A DNA stretch of 63,487 nucleotides, filler included. It is 5 parts of 5 records of this genome, joined end to end, with 100 filler letters (N's around TTAATTAATTAA, not from the genome) between each part and the next. Parts side by side here need not be neighbours in the genome. Positions count along the whole stretch, not along the records: positions 27,884 to 36,619 come from SRR20825019_911; positions 36,720 to 48,571 come from SRR20825019_913; 3 more parts are not named here. One strand, given 5' to 3'. The notes under the pieces are model-generated. The model searched no databases. It was not told where the DNA came from and saw only the letters and a program-made list of their open reading frames with translations. Positions 31,247-41,310 of the stretch are shown here, piece after piece. The translations under genes were made by a program, and so were the position numbers. Within the stretch, counting starts at the first letter, position 1. The number at the start of each line of letters is the position of its first letter.

Positions 31247-32034
31247 GCGCCCCGGAACTTCAAATCAAAGGGGTCTCGCGGATTTTTCCGGCGCGGCGCG
31301 GTGGTGCGCCCATCGAAGCGCTGGCACCGACCGACCTGACGCTTGAAAAAAACGATTTCGTCACAATTCTCGGGCCATCCGGGTGTGGGAAATCGACGCT
31401 TCTGCGCATCGTTGCAGGTCTCGACAAGCCGACCACGGGCTCTGTCCTTCTGGAGGGCAAGGCCATTGCAGGGCCGGGCGCCGACCGTGGAATGGTATTC
31501 CAGTCCTATACGCTTTTCCCTTGGCTGACGATCCGCGAAAATGTCGGATTTGGCCTGCGCGAGAAGGGGCTGAAAGCCTCCGAGATCAAGAGCACGGTTG
31601 ACCTTTACCTTGATCGTGTCGGCCTCACTGCCTTTGCCGACCACTGGCCCAAGCAGCTCTCCGGGGGGATGCAGCAACGCACGGCGATTGCACGCGCACT
31701 TGCCAATGACCCCAAAATCCTGCTGCTCGATGAACCCTTCGGCGCACTTGATAATCAGACACGGGGTTTGATGCAGGAGCTTCTGCTCGGTATATGGGAG
31801 CGTGAACGCAAAACGGTGATCTTCGTCACGCATGATATTGAGGAAGCCGTTTTTATGGCCTCCAGAGTGGTCACAATGTCGGCGCGTCCAGGCCGGATTT
31901 CATCCATCACACCGGTCGATTTCGCGCATCCGCGTGATTATCACCTGAAAGCCGATCCCGAGTTTGCGAAAATCCGGCTCAAGCTGACCGAGGAAATCCG
32001 TGCCGAGGTGATTGCCGCGGTCAGCCGCGGATAA
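31243..32034 (+). CDS. ABC transporter ATPase (NitT/TauT family)
   Basis: GPSGCGKST, LSGGMQQR, LLLDEPFGALD, VTHDIEEA; ATGA overlap with the permease. Confidence 0.92.
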   Translation: MSAPELQIKGVSRIFPARRGGAPIEALAPTDLTLEKNDFVTILGPSGCGKSTLLRIVAGLDKPTTGSVLLEGKAIAGPGADRGMVFQSYTLFPWLTIRENVGFGLREKGLKASEIKSTVDLYLDRVGLTAFADHWPKQLSGGMQQRTAIARALANDPKILLLDEPFGALDNQTRGLMQELLLGIWERERKTVIFVTHDIEEAVFMASRVVTMSARPGRISSITPVDFAHPRDYHLKADPEFAKIRLKLTEEIRAEVIAAVSRG

Positions 32035-32045
32035 GGGAGTGCAGC

Positions 32046-32795
32046 TTGGGGCACAGCAAGGTCAGAAAGATCAATAACCGGCCCATGGCCTTGCACGCCC
32101 GCATTCAGCATGATGTTGAAAGCCGGATATTGTCGGGTGAATGGCTGCCCGGCCACCGCATTCCCTTTGAGCATGAACTGACAGCCAAGTATCAATGTTC
32201 ACGTATGACTGTGAACAAGGCGCTTTCGGAGCTTGTGAAGAAGGGGTTGATCGAGCGAAGGCGAAAATCCGGCTCTTACGTTCGTCAACCGGAAGTACTC
32301 TCTGCCGTTCTTGATATTCATCAGCTGGAGCGGGAAGTGCGCGCGCTTGGACTGGATTATTCTTTCCGCCTTTTGCGGAGCGTTGAGCGTTCGGCAACGG
32401 AAGAAGACAGGCAGAGGCTGGCGCTCGATCATGAAGCACGGGTAATGCAGATTGAAAGCCTGCACATCGCAGGTCAGCGTCCGTTCTGTCTGGAAGACAG
32501 GCTGATCAATGTTGATGAGGTTCCAAAGGCAATCGAGGCGGATTTTTTGGTGACTCCACCGGGTTCGTGGCTTCTGGAACAGGTGCCGTGGAGTGCAGCC
32601 GAGCATCGCATCAATGCAACGGGAGCTGACCGGAACGAAGCCAGCATGCTCGATTTAAAGGAAGGTGCGCCGTGTCTGGTTATCGCCCGCCGAACATGGA
32701 ATGCGAGTGGTTCGGTTACGCAGGTAAAACTCACCTATCCCGGCGATATGCATACGCTTGTTGCACAATTCGCACCCGCAGGGCGTGCGCCCTGA
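32046..32795 (+). CDS. hutC: Histidine utilization repressor (GntR-UTRA)
   Basis: RIPFEHEL...CSRMTVNKAL HTH; PPGSWLLEQVPWSAAEHRI; RRTW; hut context. Start is TTG 32046 or ATG 32085. Confidence 0.9.
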   Translation: MGHSKVRKINNRPMALHARIQHDVESRILSGEWLPGHRIPFEHELTAKYQCSRMTVNKALSELVKKGLIERRRKSGSYVRQPEVLSAVLDIHQLEREVRALGLDYSFRLLRSVERSATEEDRQRLALDHEARVMQIESLHIAGQRPFCLEDRLINVDEVPKAIEADFLVTPPGSWLLEQVPWSAAEHRINATGADRNEASMLDLKEGAPCLVIARRTWNASGSVTQVKLTYPGDMHTLVAQFAPAGRAP

Positions 32796-32825
32796 TTTCT
32801 GACAGTGCATGACATTCCTGCAAAT

Positions 32826-32857
32826 AAAAAAGGCCGGTTGCTATGAACCGGCCTTTT
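32826..32857. terminator. Bidirectional terminator between convergent hutC and ctpA
   Basis: aaaaaa-ggccggtt-gctatg-aaccggcc-tttt. Confidence 0.8.
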
Positions 32858-32881
32858 CTGCATCGGATTATCTGTCTGTCT

Positions 32882-34276
32882 TCAGTTGGCCTCTTCCATG
32901 GCCTTTTCAGGCTCTTTGGTTGCCTGATCCGCGGCATGGGCCGCCTGCAACGCCTCAACAGCCTTGGCCGGATCAGCCGGAAATGCCTTGTTCTTTTCTG
33001 TACCCTCCAGAAGGCCGATGGCATATTGCAGCTGAACATCGTCTTCCGGTTCACGCGGAACATAGGCGACCGAACCGGAACCTTCCTCGGTTTCTTTTTC
33101 ACCCTCAATATGGCCACGCAGGTTGGACTCACCTTCCGGACGGACAATCCCTTCAAGATCTTCCGGCAGCTTCTGCTCGACGATGATATCCGGCTCGATA
33201 CCGGTGCCCTGAATCGAGATACCGGACGGCGTGTAATAAAGCGCCGTCGTAAGTCTCAGCGATCCCTGATCCCCCAGCGGAACGATCGTTTGTACAGACC
33301 CCTTGCCGAATGTGCGGGTACCGACCAACGTTGCACGCTTGAGATCGTGCAGTGCGCCTGCAACAATTTCGGAAGCCGAGGCTGAGCCGCCATTGACGAG
33401 AACCACAATCGGCTTGCCATTGGTCAGGTCGCCCGGACCGGCACTGAAGCGGCGTGTTTCCCGATCATCGCGGCCACGTGTCGAAACGACTTCACCCTCG
33501 TCAAGAAATGCATCGGACACGGATACGGCCTGATTGAGGAAGCCGCCTGGATTAAGCCGCAGATCAAGAATATAGCCTTTCAGCTTGTCTTCCGGCACTT
33601 CCGCCTGAATTTCCATGATGGCTTCTTCCAGGCTTTCGTCAAGCTTCTCATTCATGAATGTCGAGAGGCGGATATAGCCGATATCATCATTTTCTATGCG
33701 CCACTTGACCGACTGAACTTCAATGATACCACGTACGATCGTCATTTCGATCGGCTTGGTGACGCCATCGCGCAGAATGGTGATGTCAATCGGCTCGCCC
33801 ACCTCGCCGCGCATACGGTCAACTGCGTCGTTCAGCGTCATGCCGCGCACGCTTTCGCCGTCGATCTCAACGATCTTGTCGCCGGAAAGAACCCCGGCTT
33901 TGGCTGCCGGCGTGTCGTCAATCGGAGCGACGACCTTGACCGCTTCGTCTTCCATGGTCACTTCGATGCCCAGACCGCCAAACTCGCCTTTCGACTCGTC
34001 GCGCATTTCCATGGACTCTTCCGCCGTCATATAGCTTGAATGCGGATCGAGACCCTTCAACATGCCGTTGATGGCATCCTGGATCATTTTCTCCTCATCC
34101 GGCGGGGTTACATACTGGCTGCGAACACGCTCGAAAACGTCACCAAACAATGACATTTCGCGATAGGTTGAATCGTCGCCCGCCGCGCGCGCCGGTATAT
34201 CGGACGAGACCAGAAATCCGGTCGCCGAAGCGCCGATTACAACGCCTGCCAGTAATAGCGTAGCCCTACGTATCAT
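32882..34276 (-). CDS. ctpA: Carboxy-terminal processing protease, S41 family
   Basis: LDPHSSY, PDZ GEFGGLGIEV, DLRLNPGG, SASASEI, TFGKGSVQ; ATG 34276 preceded by an RBS. Confidence 0.92.
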   Translation of the reverse strand: MIRRATLLLAGVVIGASATGFLVSSDIPARAAGDDSTYREMSLFGDVFERVRSQYVTPPDEEKMIQDAINGMLKGLDPHSSYMTAEESMEMRDESKGEFGGLGIEVTMEDEAVKVVAPIDDTPAAKAGVLSGDKIVEIDGESVRGMTLNDAVDRMRGEVGEPIDITILRDGVTKPIEMTIVRGIIEVQSVKWRIENDDIGYIRLSTFMNEKLDESLEEAIMEIQAEVPEDKLKGYILDLRLNPGGFLNQAVSVSDAFLDEGEVVSTRGRDDRETRRFSAGPGDLTNGKPIVVLVNGGSASASEIVAGALHDLKRATLVGTRTFGKGSVQTIVPLGDQGSLRLTTALYYTPSGISIQGTGIEPDIIVEQKLPEDLEGIVRPEGESNLRGHIEGEKETEEGSGSVAYVPREPEDDVQLQYAIGLLEGTEKNKAFPADPAKAVEALQAAHAADQATKEPEKAMEEAN

Positions 34277-35678
34277 TACGTGCCTTTCCATCATCTTTTT
34301 TCGCCCACCAGGATTGAGAATCGACCGGTTTTTCATCTTGCCTGAACTCAATGTAGAGTGTTGGCTTGTCTGTTTCCAGCGCGATTGTTGCAGCGCTTGC
34401 AATGCGTGTCACGCCCATCTGCGCCAGAGGTTCGCCTGAAAAGACAAAATCGCCCTGACGCACTTTTAATCCGTCCATGCCGGTCATCACGATATGGTAG
34501 CCGTCTCCGACATTCAGGATGATCATCTCCCCGTAGCTTCTGAAGCGCCCGGCGTAAACCACTGTTCCGTCTGCGGGTGCGGTTACAAGCGCACCAGGTC
34601 TGGCGGCAATCGTAATGCCGGTGGCCGTGTGGCCAGTGCCATCGGGATCGCCGAAGCCGCGGAGAATCTCGCCTTCTACCGGAAGCGTCAGGCGTCCTTT
34701 AAGTTCAGAAAACGCATATGCGGGCGTAATGCGGTTTTTATCAGGCGTTTCGGACAAAGCCCGTTGTCGCGCACGCTCACGCTGTTCTTCTGTCATCTGG
34801 CGGCGCCTGTCGGCTTCCTGCTCTGCCAGAACTGCGGCGTTTCGCGCAGAGGTGATCTCGGTCTCCAGCGTACCGATCAGGCTGTTGAGATCTGTTGCTC
34901 TTGCGGCCATGGCCTCGGCCTGCTGCTGCTCCTCAGCCAACGCTTCTGCGTTTTGCGCACGCGTCTTGTTGTTCTCCGCCATCAGAAGGTCCATGCGCTT
35001 GTCCTCTTCGACCAGACCGTCCAGATCTGTCGCCAGCGCATCGCGCGTTTCTTCCTGAGCCAGTTTGACCGACTGGAGCTGTCGCAGATCTGCAAGCACT
35101 GTATTCAGCTTTTCGTGCAGTTCCGGGACTACGCCATCAAGAAGAATGGCGCTTCTTACTGAATCCAGTGCATCACCGGGGGCCACCAGAAGAGCAGGGG
35201 GCGGGTCGCGGCCCATGCGCTGCAGGGCTGCCAATACATCAGCGAAGATATCACGCTCCCGGTTCAGCCTCTCATGCAGCGTTTCTTCCTGCTCGGAAAG
35301 CTCTGCAATGCGGTTTTCGCTTGCCGCAATCTTTTCTTCCAGCGCGCGTCGGCGATTGGCCGAGTCTACGAGAGCTTGCTTAAGGCTGGCGGTATCGCCT
35401 TTGAGCTTTTCTATTTCACTTTGCAGCTGTTCGATCTTGTTCCGGGAAAGGGAGAGCGTGTTCTGCAGGCGGTCGAGTTCCACCTGCTTTTCTTCGCGTT
35501 CGCTGGCAAGTTTCTCGACCATAGCCTGAGAATCGAGCCTTGTGGCGGCAGTATCGGCGTTGCTGTCCTGCGCATGAACCGGTCCGCTGCCGCAGACCAC
35601 GAGGACGCACAGGCACACAAAGGCGCGCCGGAGCAATCCGGCCTTGAACCGAGCTTTGTCTGCTACACCGATCATCAT
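34266..35678 (-). CDS. envC: Murein hydrolase activator EnvC-like (coiled coil plus degenerate M23 domain)
   Basis: Signal peptide, long coiled coil, GITI..APADGTVVYAG.F.SYG, LYIEFR. Confidence 0.8.
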   Translation of the reverse strand: MMIGVADKARFKAGLLRRAFVCLCVLVVCGSGPVHAQDSNADTAATRLDSQAMVEKLASEREEKQVELDRLQNTLSLSRNKIEQLQSEIEKLKGDTASLKQALVDSANRRRALEEKIAASENRIAELSEQEETLHERLNRERDIFADVLAALQRMGRDPPPALLVAPGDALDSVRSAILLDGVVPELHEKLNTVLADLRQLQSVKLAQEETRDALATDLDGLVEEDKRMDLLMAENNKTRAQNAEALAEEQQQAEAMAARATDLNSLIGTLETEITSARNAAVLAEQEADRRRQMTEEQRERARQRALSETPDKNRITPAYAFSELKGRLTLPVEGEILRGFGDPDGTGHTATGITIAARPGALVTAPADGTVVYAGRFRSYGEMIILNVGDGYHIVMTGMDGLKVRQGDFVFSGEPLAQMGVTRIASAATIALETDKPTLYIEFRQDEKPVDSQSWWAKKDDGKARNDT

Positions 35679-35805
35679 CAGGCTTTGCCGTTTCAGTCTG
35701 CTCTTTGCGAAGACTTTGAGAATGAAGCCAGAAGATTAACGAAAGACAAAGGAGAAGGTAAGACACGAATGTTTCACCGTTCTTGATCCGTTATGCTTCG
35801 CTGCA

Positions 35806-36288
35806 TTACACGCGATGGTAGGGGTGTCCGGCCATCAGCGTCACGGCGCGGTAAAGCTGTTCCGCGAGAAGAATACGAACAATCTGATGCGGCCACGTCA
35901 TGCTACCGAAATTGACGGTCAGCTCGGCGCGTGTACGCAAAGCCGGATCGAGACCATCAGCACCGCCGATTGCAAAAATCATCTCGCGTTTGCCCTGATC
36001 CCGGAATTTCTCGATTGCACCGGAGAAACCGATGCTGTCCATGGACTTTCCGTGTTCATCCAGAAGCACCAGGACCGTATCGGCAGACAGCGTGTTTTCA
36101 AGCGCTGCCGCTTCTTCCAGTTTGCGGGTATCAGCATTACCTGCCCGGCTTTCGGCAATCTCGGTGACTTTGGAAAAATCAAGCCCCTGCGCTCGCCCGG
36201 ATTTCTTCAGTCGGTCGAGATAGCGCGCGACAAGCTCTTTCTCCGGCCCGGACTTCAGGCGCCCGACCGCAAAAATTCCGATCTTCAT
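35806..36288 (-). CDS. rlmH: 23S rRNA (pseudouridine1915-N3)-methyltransferase
   Basis: AVGRLK, LDE.GK, FAIGGADG, TWPHQIVRILLAEQLYRA, GHPYHR. Confidence 0.95.
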   Translation of the reverse strand: MKIGIFAVGRLKSGPEKELVARYLDRLKKSGRAQGLDFSKVTEIAESRAGNADTRKLEEAAALENTLSADTVLVLLDEHGKSMDSIGFSGAIEKFRDQGKREMIFAIGGADGLDPALRTRAELTVNFGSMTWPHQIVRILLAEQLYRAVTLMAGHPYHRV

Positions 36289-36414
36289 CAGTGTTTCTTC
36301 CGGTACTCTCTCATTTTCACGGTGAAAATGCACCGGAAACGACCGGTCACACAAGCCCTGCCGCATTCACAAAAAATGCGGAAGAGCTTAGCCAGCCGCT
36401 ACAACACCGTTATT

Positions 36415-36619
36415 TCAGTGCATCCGGCCTTCGTTGATTTCCGGCGCGGACCACATTTTCTCGATATTGTAAAAATCGCGGACCTCAGGTCGGAAAACAT
36501 GGATGATGACGTCGCCGGCGTCGATCAGAACCCAGTCGCCTGCGTCCTGGCCTTCAACACAGCACGAGCCAACGCCCGCATCCTTGAGATCCTTGACCAG
36601 ATGGTCGCAAATCGCCATG
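36415..36619 (-). CDS. rsfS: Ribosome silencing factor (5' end cut by contig edge)
   Basis: DWVLIDAGDVIIHVFRPEVRDFYNIEKMW; upstream of rlmH. Confidence 0.92.
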
Positions 36620-36719
36620 NNNNNNNNNNNNNNNNNNNNNNNNNNNNNNNNNNNNNNNNNNNNTTAATTAATTAANNNNNNNNNNNNNNNNNNNNNNNNN
36701 NNNNNNNNNNNNNNNNNNN
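36620..36719. other. Artificial contig spacer
   Basis: N44-TTAATTAATTAA-N44. Confidence 0.98.
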
Positions 36720-37318
36720 GCACCTTCCATAATTTCAGCATCTTTACCAATATAAATTGGTCCTTCGGAAGCATTTAGAGTACAAAACTCAAGGTTTGCT
36801 CCTTCCTCTATAAAAATATTTTCTGGGTTTTTTGTCCAAACTCCTTCAGGAATAGGCTGCGAATTTTTTCCTTTAGTTAGCATTTTAAAATCGCGATTTA
36901 TTGCTTCAGCATTCTTTGAGAAAATATCCCACGTATTTTCAATTCGAAACACATCATCACCTTCGTATTGAAAAACATCAAAAGCATCAAAATCAGGCTC
37001 CTGCCCCTCTAAAGAAAAAAAGGCTATTGCTTCGTCGTCTAAAAATATAGCTTGATTTTCATTTAAGCCTTTAATAAGATTCACTAAATTTTCTGAAGGT
37101 AGAAAAGAAGCATTAATCAAAATATTTTTCTCAAGCTCTAAAAATGGATATTTCTCTGAAAGATAATCTTCAGTAACTGTAGTGGTAGTAAAGCCTAAAA
37201 AATGTTCCCATTTTTCACGAATGGTCAAGATTCCTACACGAATATCTGCAACTGGACGTGTAAATGTAAATGGTAAAAGTTGGTTACGGACGATACCGTC
37301 AAAGAGGATATAGTTCAT
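36720..37318 (-). CDS. GlmU-family putative sugar nucleotidyltransferase (3' end cut by contig edge)
   Basis: LLPFTFTRPVADIRVGILTIREKW, start of hexapeptide region GPIYIGKDAEIMEG; Bacteroidota-type. Confidence 0.8.
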
Positions 37319-37429
37319 TTAGATTTTAGATTTATGATATACGATTTCTTAAAAAACCGAAACTATAGCTTATAAATAAAATTCAATATTAATCAAAATT
37401 CAGCAATCGACAATTGTTAATCTAAAAAC

Positions 37430-37457
37430 AAAAAGCCCTCGATTTCTCGAAGGCTTT
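37430..37457 (-). terminator. Terminator downstream of the L31 gene
   Basis: Minus strand aaagccttcga-gaaa-tcgagggc-ttttt. Confidence 0.7.
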
Positions 37458-37470
37458 AATTTTGTTATAA

Positions 37471-37492
37471 ACGCTGAGCGTAGTCGAAGTGT
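37471..37492. repeat. Single REP-like palindromic unit (GCTGAGCGTAGTCGAAG type)
   Basis: acgctgagcgtagtcgaagtgt resembles dispersed Bacteroidota intergenic repeats; only one copy seen here. Confidence 0.4.
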
Positions 37493-37504
37493 TGCAATTG
37501 AAGA

Positions 37505-37786
37505 TTACTCTTCAGTTTTAGCTTCTTTAGCAGCAGGTTTTTTAAACTTGTCGTATTTGTTTTTAAATTTGTCAATACGTCCTGCAGTATCGATAAGTTT
37601 TGCTTTTCCAGTGTAAAAAGGGTGTGAAGAACGTGAAATCTCCATCTTTACCAAAGGATACTCAACACCATCAACTTCAATAGTTTCTCTTGTATCTGCA
37701 GTTGACTTTGTAAGGAAAACATCTTCGTTACTCATGTCCTTAAAAGCAACTAATCTATAATTTTCTGGGTGGATACCTTTTTTCAT
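37505..37786 (-). CDS. rpmE2: 50S ribosomal protein L31 type B (Cys-free)
   Basis: [31 protein letters not shown]. Confidence 0.92.
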   Translation of the reverse strand: MKKGIHPENYRLVAFKDMSNEDVFLTKSTADTRETIEVDGVEYPLVKMEISRSSHPFYTGKAKLIDTAGRIDKFKNKYDKFKKPAAKEAKTEE

Positions 37787-37980
37787 CTCTCTAACTAATT
37801 ATTATATTTTAAAAATGCACATTTCCGACCTTTCGGAATTGAGTTTGCAAATTTAAGTATTTATTAGAAATTAGCAACAAAATTATTCACTTTTTTAATT
37901 CATTGCAAAATTGCTCACAAATGTAACGTTTTGCTATCTTTGTTTACTAACAACCTGAACCAAAAAAACTATTTAAAAAA

Positions 37981-38511
37981 ATGGAAACTCAACCAACTTC
38001 AGTTAAAAAAATAGCGCTTAATTACGGGGTGCTTTTAGCATTACTATCTATTGTTTTGCAAGTTATTTCATATGTATTGGACGCACATATAGATCGCCCT
38101 TGGTGGTTAACTGTACTTCAATTAGTTATTTCTGTGGGTGTTATTACTTATGGAATAAAAGCTTATAAAGCTTCAAACGCAGGGTATTTAACATTAGGTC
38201 AGGCATTAAAAACTGGTTTAGCTATCAGTATTGTTGCAGGAATTATTGCTGTTATCTTCAACTATATATTTATGAATTATATAGATCCAAATTTTGTTCA
38301 AAATACATTAGATTTTTCAAGAGAACAAATGATTGAACAAAACCCGAACATGACTGAAGAGCAAATAAAAGTTGCAATGGATATGTCTGCTAAGTTTATG
38401 TCTCCTTTGATTATGTCAGCATTTGCATTGATAGCAACTTTGTTTTTTGGATTTATTATTTCCTTGTTTGCAGGATTAATTATGAAGAAAAACCCACCAC
38501 AACAAATTTAA
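37981..38511 (+). CDS. DUF4199-type membrane protein
   Basis: Four TM helices, ALNYG, YIDPNF; upstream of a GT2 gene. Confidence 0.7.
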   Translation: METQPTSVKKIALNYGVLLALLSIVLQVISYVLDAHIDRPWWLTVLQLVISVGVITYGIKAYKASNAGYLTLGQALKTGLAISIVAGIIAVIFNYIFMNYIDPNFVQNTLDFSREQMIEQNPNMTEEQIKVAMDMSAKFMSPLIMSAFALIATLFFGFIISLFAGLIMKKNPPQQI

Positions 38512-38517
38512 TCATTA

Positions 38518-39459
38518 ATGAATTTATCCATAGTCATACCTCTTCTAAACGAAGAAGAATCACTTAATGAACTTTACCGTTGGATTGCATCCGTGATGCA
38601 ATCCAACGGTTTTTTATACGAGCTGATATTTATTGACGATGGAAGTAATGATGACTCCTGGAAGATTATTGAATCTCTTTCTGAAAAAAATCAAGCCGTA
38701 AAAGGAATTCGGTTTCAGAAAAACTACGGAAAATCGCAAGCCTTACATGCTGGTTTTGCCATGGCAAATGGGGAGGTAATAATCACCATGGATGCCGATT
38801 TACAAGACAATCCGGAAGAAATACCTGAATTGTATAAAATGATTACCGAAGAAGGTTTCGATCTGGTTTCTGGTTGGAAAAAGAAACGATATGATTCGGT
38901 ACTTAGTAAAAACATGCCTTCCAAATTGTTTAATTACGCTGCACGAAAAACATCTGGCGTTAAGTTACACGACTTTAATTGCGGTTTAAAAGCATATAAA
39001 AAAGAGGTTGTAAAAAGCATTGAAGTTACGGGTGAAATGCACCGTTACATTCCTGTGTTGGCTAAAAATGCAGGTTTTAGCAAAATTTCTGAAAAAGCTG
39101 TTTTGCATCAAGCCAGAAAATATGGAACCACAAAATTTGGCGCAGAACGTTTTGTACGTGGTTTTTTAGACTTGATAACCATTTGGTTTTTATCTCGATT
39201 TGGAAAACGACCAATGCACTTATTTGGTGCTTGGGGAGCTTTAATGCTATTTATTGGTTTTTGCTTTGCGCTTTTTCTGGGTATCGACAAGCTTTTTATA
39301 AACCCAACCGGAAGACTTATTGCTGAGCGAACAGAGTTTTTTATCGCACTTACGGCAATGGTTTTAGGCACCCAGCTATTCCTTGCAGGATTTTTAGGCG
39401 AATTAATTCTGAGAAGTAAAAAAGATTCGCGTAACTACATAATTAAAGAGCAGATTTAA
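38518..39459 (+). CDS. Glycosyltransferase family 2 (ArnC/DPM1-like)
   Basis: SIVIP..NEE, IDDGS.D, TMDADLQD, two C-terminal TM helices. Confidence 0.9.
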   Translation: MNLSIVIPLLNEEESLNELYRWIASVMQSNGFLYELIFIDDGSNDDSWKIIESLSEKNQAVKGIRFQKNYGKSQALHAGFAMANGEVIITMDADLQDNPEEIPELYKMITEEGFDLVSGWKKKRYDSVLSKNMPSKLFNYAARKTSGVKLHDFNCGLKAYKKEVVKSIEVTGEMHRYIPVLAKNAGFSKISEKAVLHQARKYGTTKFGAERFVRGFLDLITIWFLSRFGKRPMHLFGAWGALMLFIGFCFALFLGIDKLFINPTGRLIAERTEFFIALTAMVLGTQLFLAGFLGELILRSKKDSRNYIIKEQI

Positions 39460-39594
39460 GCATTCAGACTGTTATAATTCTTGCTTAAATTCTCTTTAAA
39501 TACATAAAGTATATAAGGGTTCTCAAATTTATAAACTGGATTTTGCTCAATAGCACTTTATAAATTCCTATTTTTGCACCTTTAAATAAAGTGA

Positions 39595-41310
39595 ATGATT
39601 TACGTAGATCCAAAAATTTTAGCTCGCGTCAACCAATGGCTCACCCCCTTTTTCGATACTAAAACCCAACAAAATATAAAAGAAATGATTGCTAACGATC
39701 CTGAAGGATTGGAAGATAGCTTTTATAAAAATTTGGAGTTTGGTACCGGCGGAATGCGGGGCGTAATGGGACTTGGCGATAATCGCATTAATAAATATAC
39801 CTTAGGAAAAAACACCCAAGGACTTTCAAGTTACCTAATTAAACAATTTCCAAATCAAGAAATTAAAGTTGCAATTGCATTCGATTGTAGGCACAATAGT
39901 AAGGAGTTTGCAAAAGTAGTGGCAGACGTTTTTTCTGCAAACGGAATAAAAGTTTTTCTTTTTTCTGAATTGCGCCCTACGCCAGAGCTTTCTTTCGCCG
40001 TAAAACATTTAAATTGTCAAGCTGGAATCGTTTTAACAGCTTCTCATAATCCACCAGAATACAATGGCTACAAAGTATATTGGGAGGATGGCGGACAGTT
40101 AGTTCCACCACAAGATGGGGAAATAATTGCTGAGATAAATTCACTTAAATATGAAGACGTAAAATTTGAAGCAAACGAAAATTTGATTCAAATTATAGCT
40201 ACAGAAGTGGATGAAGCATTCGCAAAAGCTTCAGTTGAAAACGGAACTTTTAATACTTCACAAGAAGCAAAAGATAATATAAAAATTGCCTTTACGTCGC
40301 TTCACGGAACTTCAATTACAATGATACCAACGGTTTTAGAGTTGGCTGGTTATAAAAATGTTTCTATAGTTAAAAAACAAGCGGAGCCAAACGGTGATTT
40401 TCCTACAGTAAAATCTCCAAATCCGGAAGAGCCTGCTGCCTTAAAAATGGCTTTGGAGCTTGCTGAAAAAGAAAATGCAGATATTGTAATCGGTACCGAT
40501 CCAGATTGCGACAGATTAGGGATTGCAGTTAGAAATGATGAAAATAAGATGGTTTTGCTAAATGGAAATCAAACCATGGTTTTGATGACGCACTTTCTTT
40601 TAAAACAATGGCAAAACGCTGGAAAAATTAACGGAGAACAATTTGTGGCTTCTACAATTGTTTCTACACCCATGGTTGAAAAAATAGCTACTCATTTTAA
40701 TGTGAAATACATTGAAGGACTCACAGGTTTCAAATGGATTGCCAAAATGATAAAAGACTTCCCAGCACTTGATTTTATTGGTGGTGGTGAAGAAAGCTTT
40801 GGATATTTAGTAGGCGATTTTGTACGTGATAAAGATGCTGTTACCGCTGCCCTACTCGCTTGTGAAATTGCAGCACAAAAGAAAAGTGAAAACAGCAGTA
40901 TGTTTCAATACTTGAATACACTTTACAATCAATTTGGAAACTATCGTGAACATTTAATTTCAATTACTAAAAAAGGAAAACAAGGTGCTGAAGAAATTTC
41001 AACAATTATGAAAACCCTTCGTGAAAATCCTTTTAAAGAAATTGCAGGTAGCAAAGTGGTTCGAATGGACGATGTTTCAAAAAATGAAACAACAGATTTT
41101 GTAAAACAGGAAAAATTGTCATTATACCTGCCAAAATCCAATGTATTAATCTTTTATACGGAAGATGGCAGCAAAATTGCAGCACGACCAAGCGGTACAG
41201 AACCAAAAATAAAGTTCTACATTAGCGTAAATACTTCTGAAAAGGAAAATTTTGAAGAAATACTTCAGAAGAAAATAAATACTATTACCGCACAACTAAA
41301 TATTAGTTAA
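39595..41310 (+). CDS. pgm: Phosphoglucomutase/phosphomannomutase
   Basis: FGTGGMRG, TASHNP, DPDCDR, GGEES, RPSGTEPKIK. Confidence 0.9.
   Translation: MIYVDPKILARVNQWLTPFFDTKTQQNIKEMIANDPEGLEDSFYKNLEFGTGGMRGVMGLGDNRINKYTLGKNTQGLSSYLIKQFPNQEIKVAIAFDCRHNSKEFAKVVADVFSANGIKVFLFSELRPTPELSFAVKHLNCQAGIVLTASHNPPEYNGYKVYWEDGGQLVPPQDGEIIAEINSLKYEDVKFEANENLIQIIATEVDEAFAKASVENGTFNTSQEAKDNIKIAFTSLHGTSITMIPTVLELAGYKNVSIVKKQAEPNGDFPTVKSPNPEEPAALKMALELAEKENADIVIGTDPDCDRLGIAVRNDENKMVLLNGNQTMVLMTHFLLKQWQNAGKINGEQFVASTIVSTPMVEKIATHFNVKYIEGLTGFKWIAKMIKDFPALDFIGGGEESFGYLVGDFVRDKDAVTAALLACEIAAQKKSENSSMFQYLNTLYNQFGNYREHLISITKKGKQGAEEISTIMKTLRENPFKEIAGSKVVRMDDVSKNETTDFVKQEKLSLYLPKSNVLIFYTEDGSKIAARPSGTEPKIKFYISVNTSEKENFEEILQKKINTITAQLNIS

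Noticed and set aside
27828-36675. Many overlapping and antisense ORFs in the GC-rich bacterial contig (e.g. 31219-31833, 32843-33385, 34494-35162, 35815-36675)
   Set aside because: Shadow ORFs of well-supported genes, expected at high GC, with no motifs.
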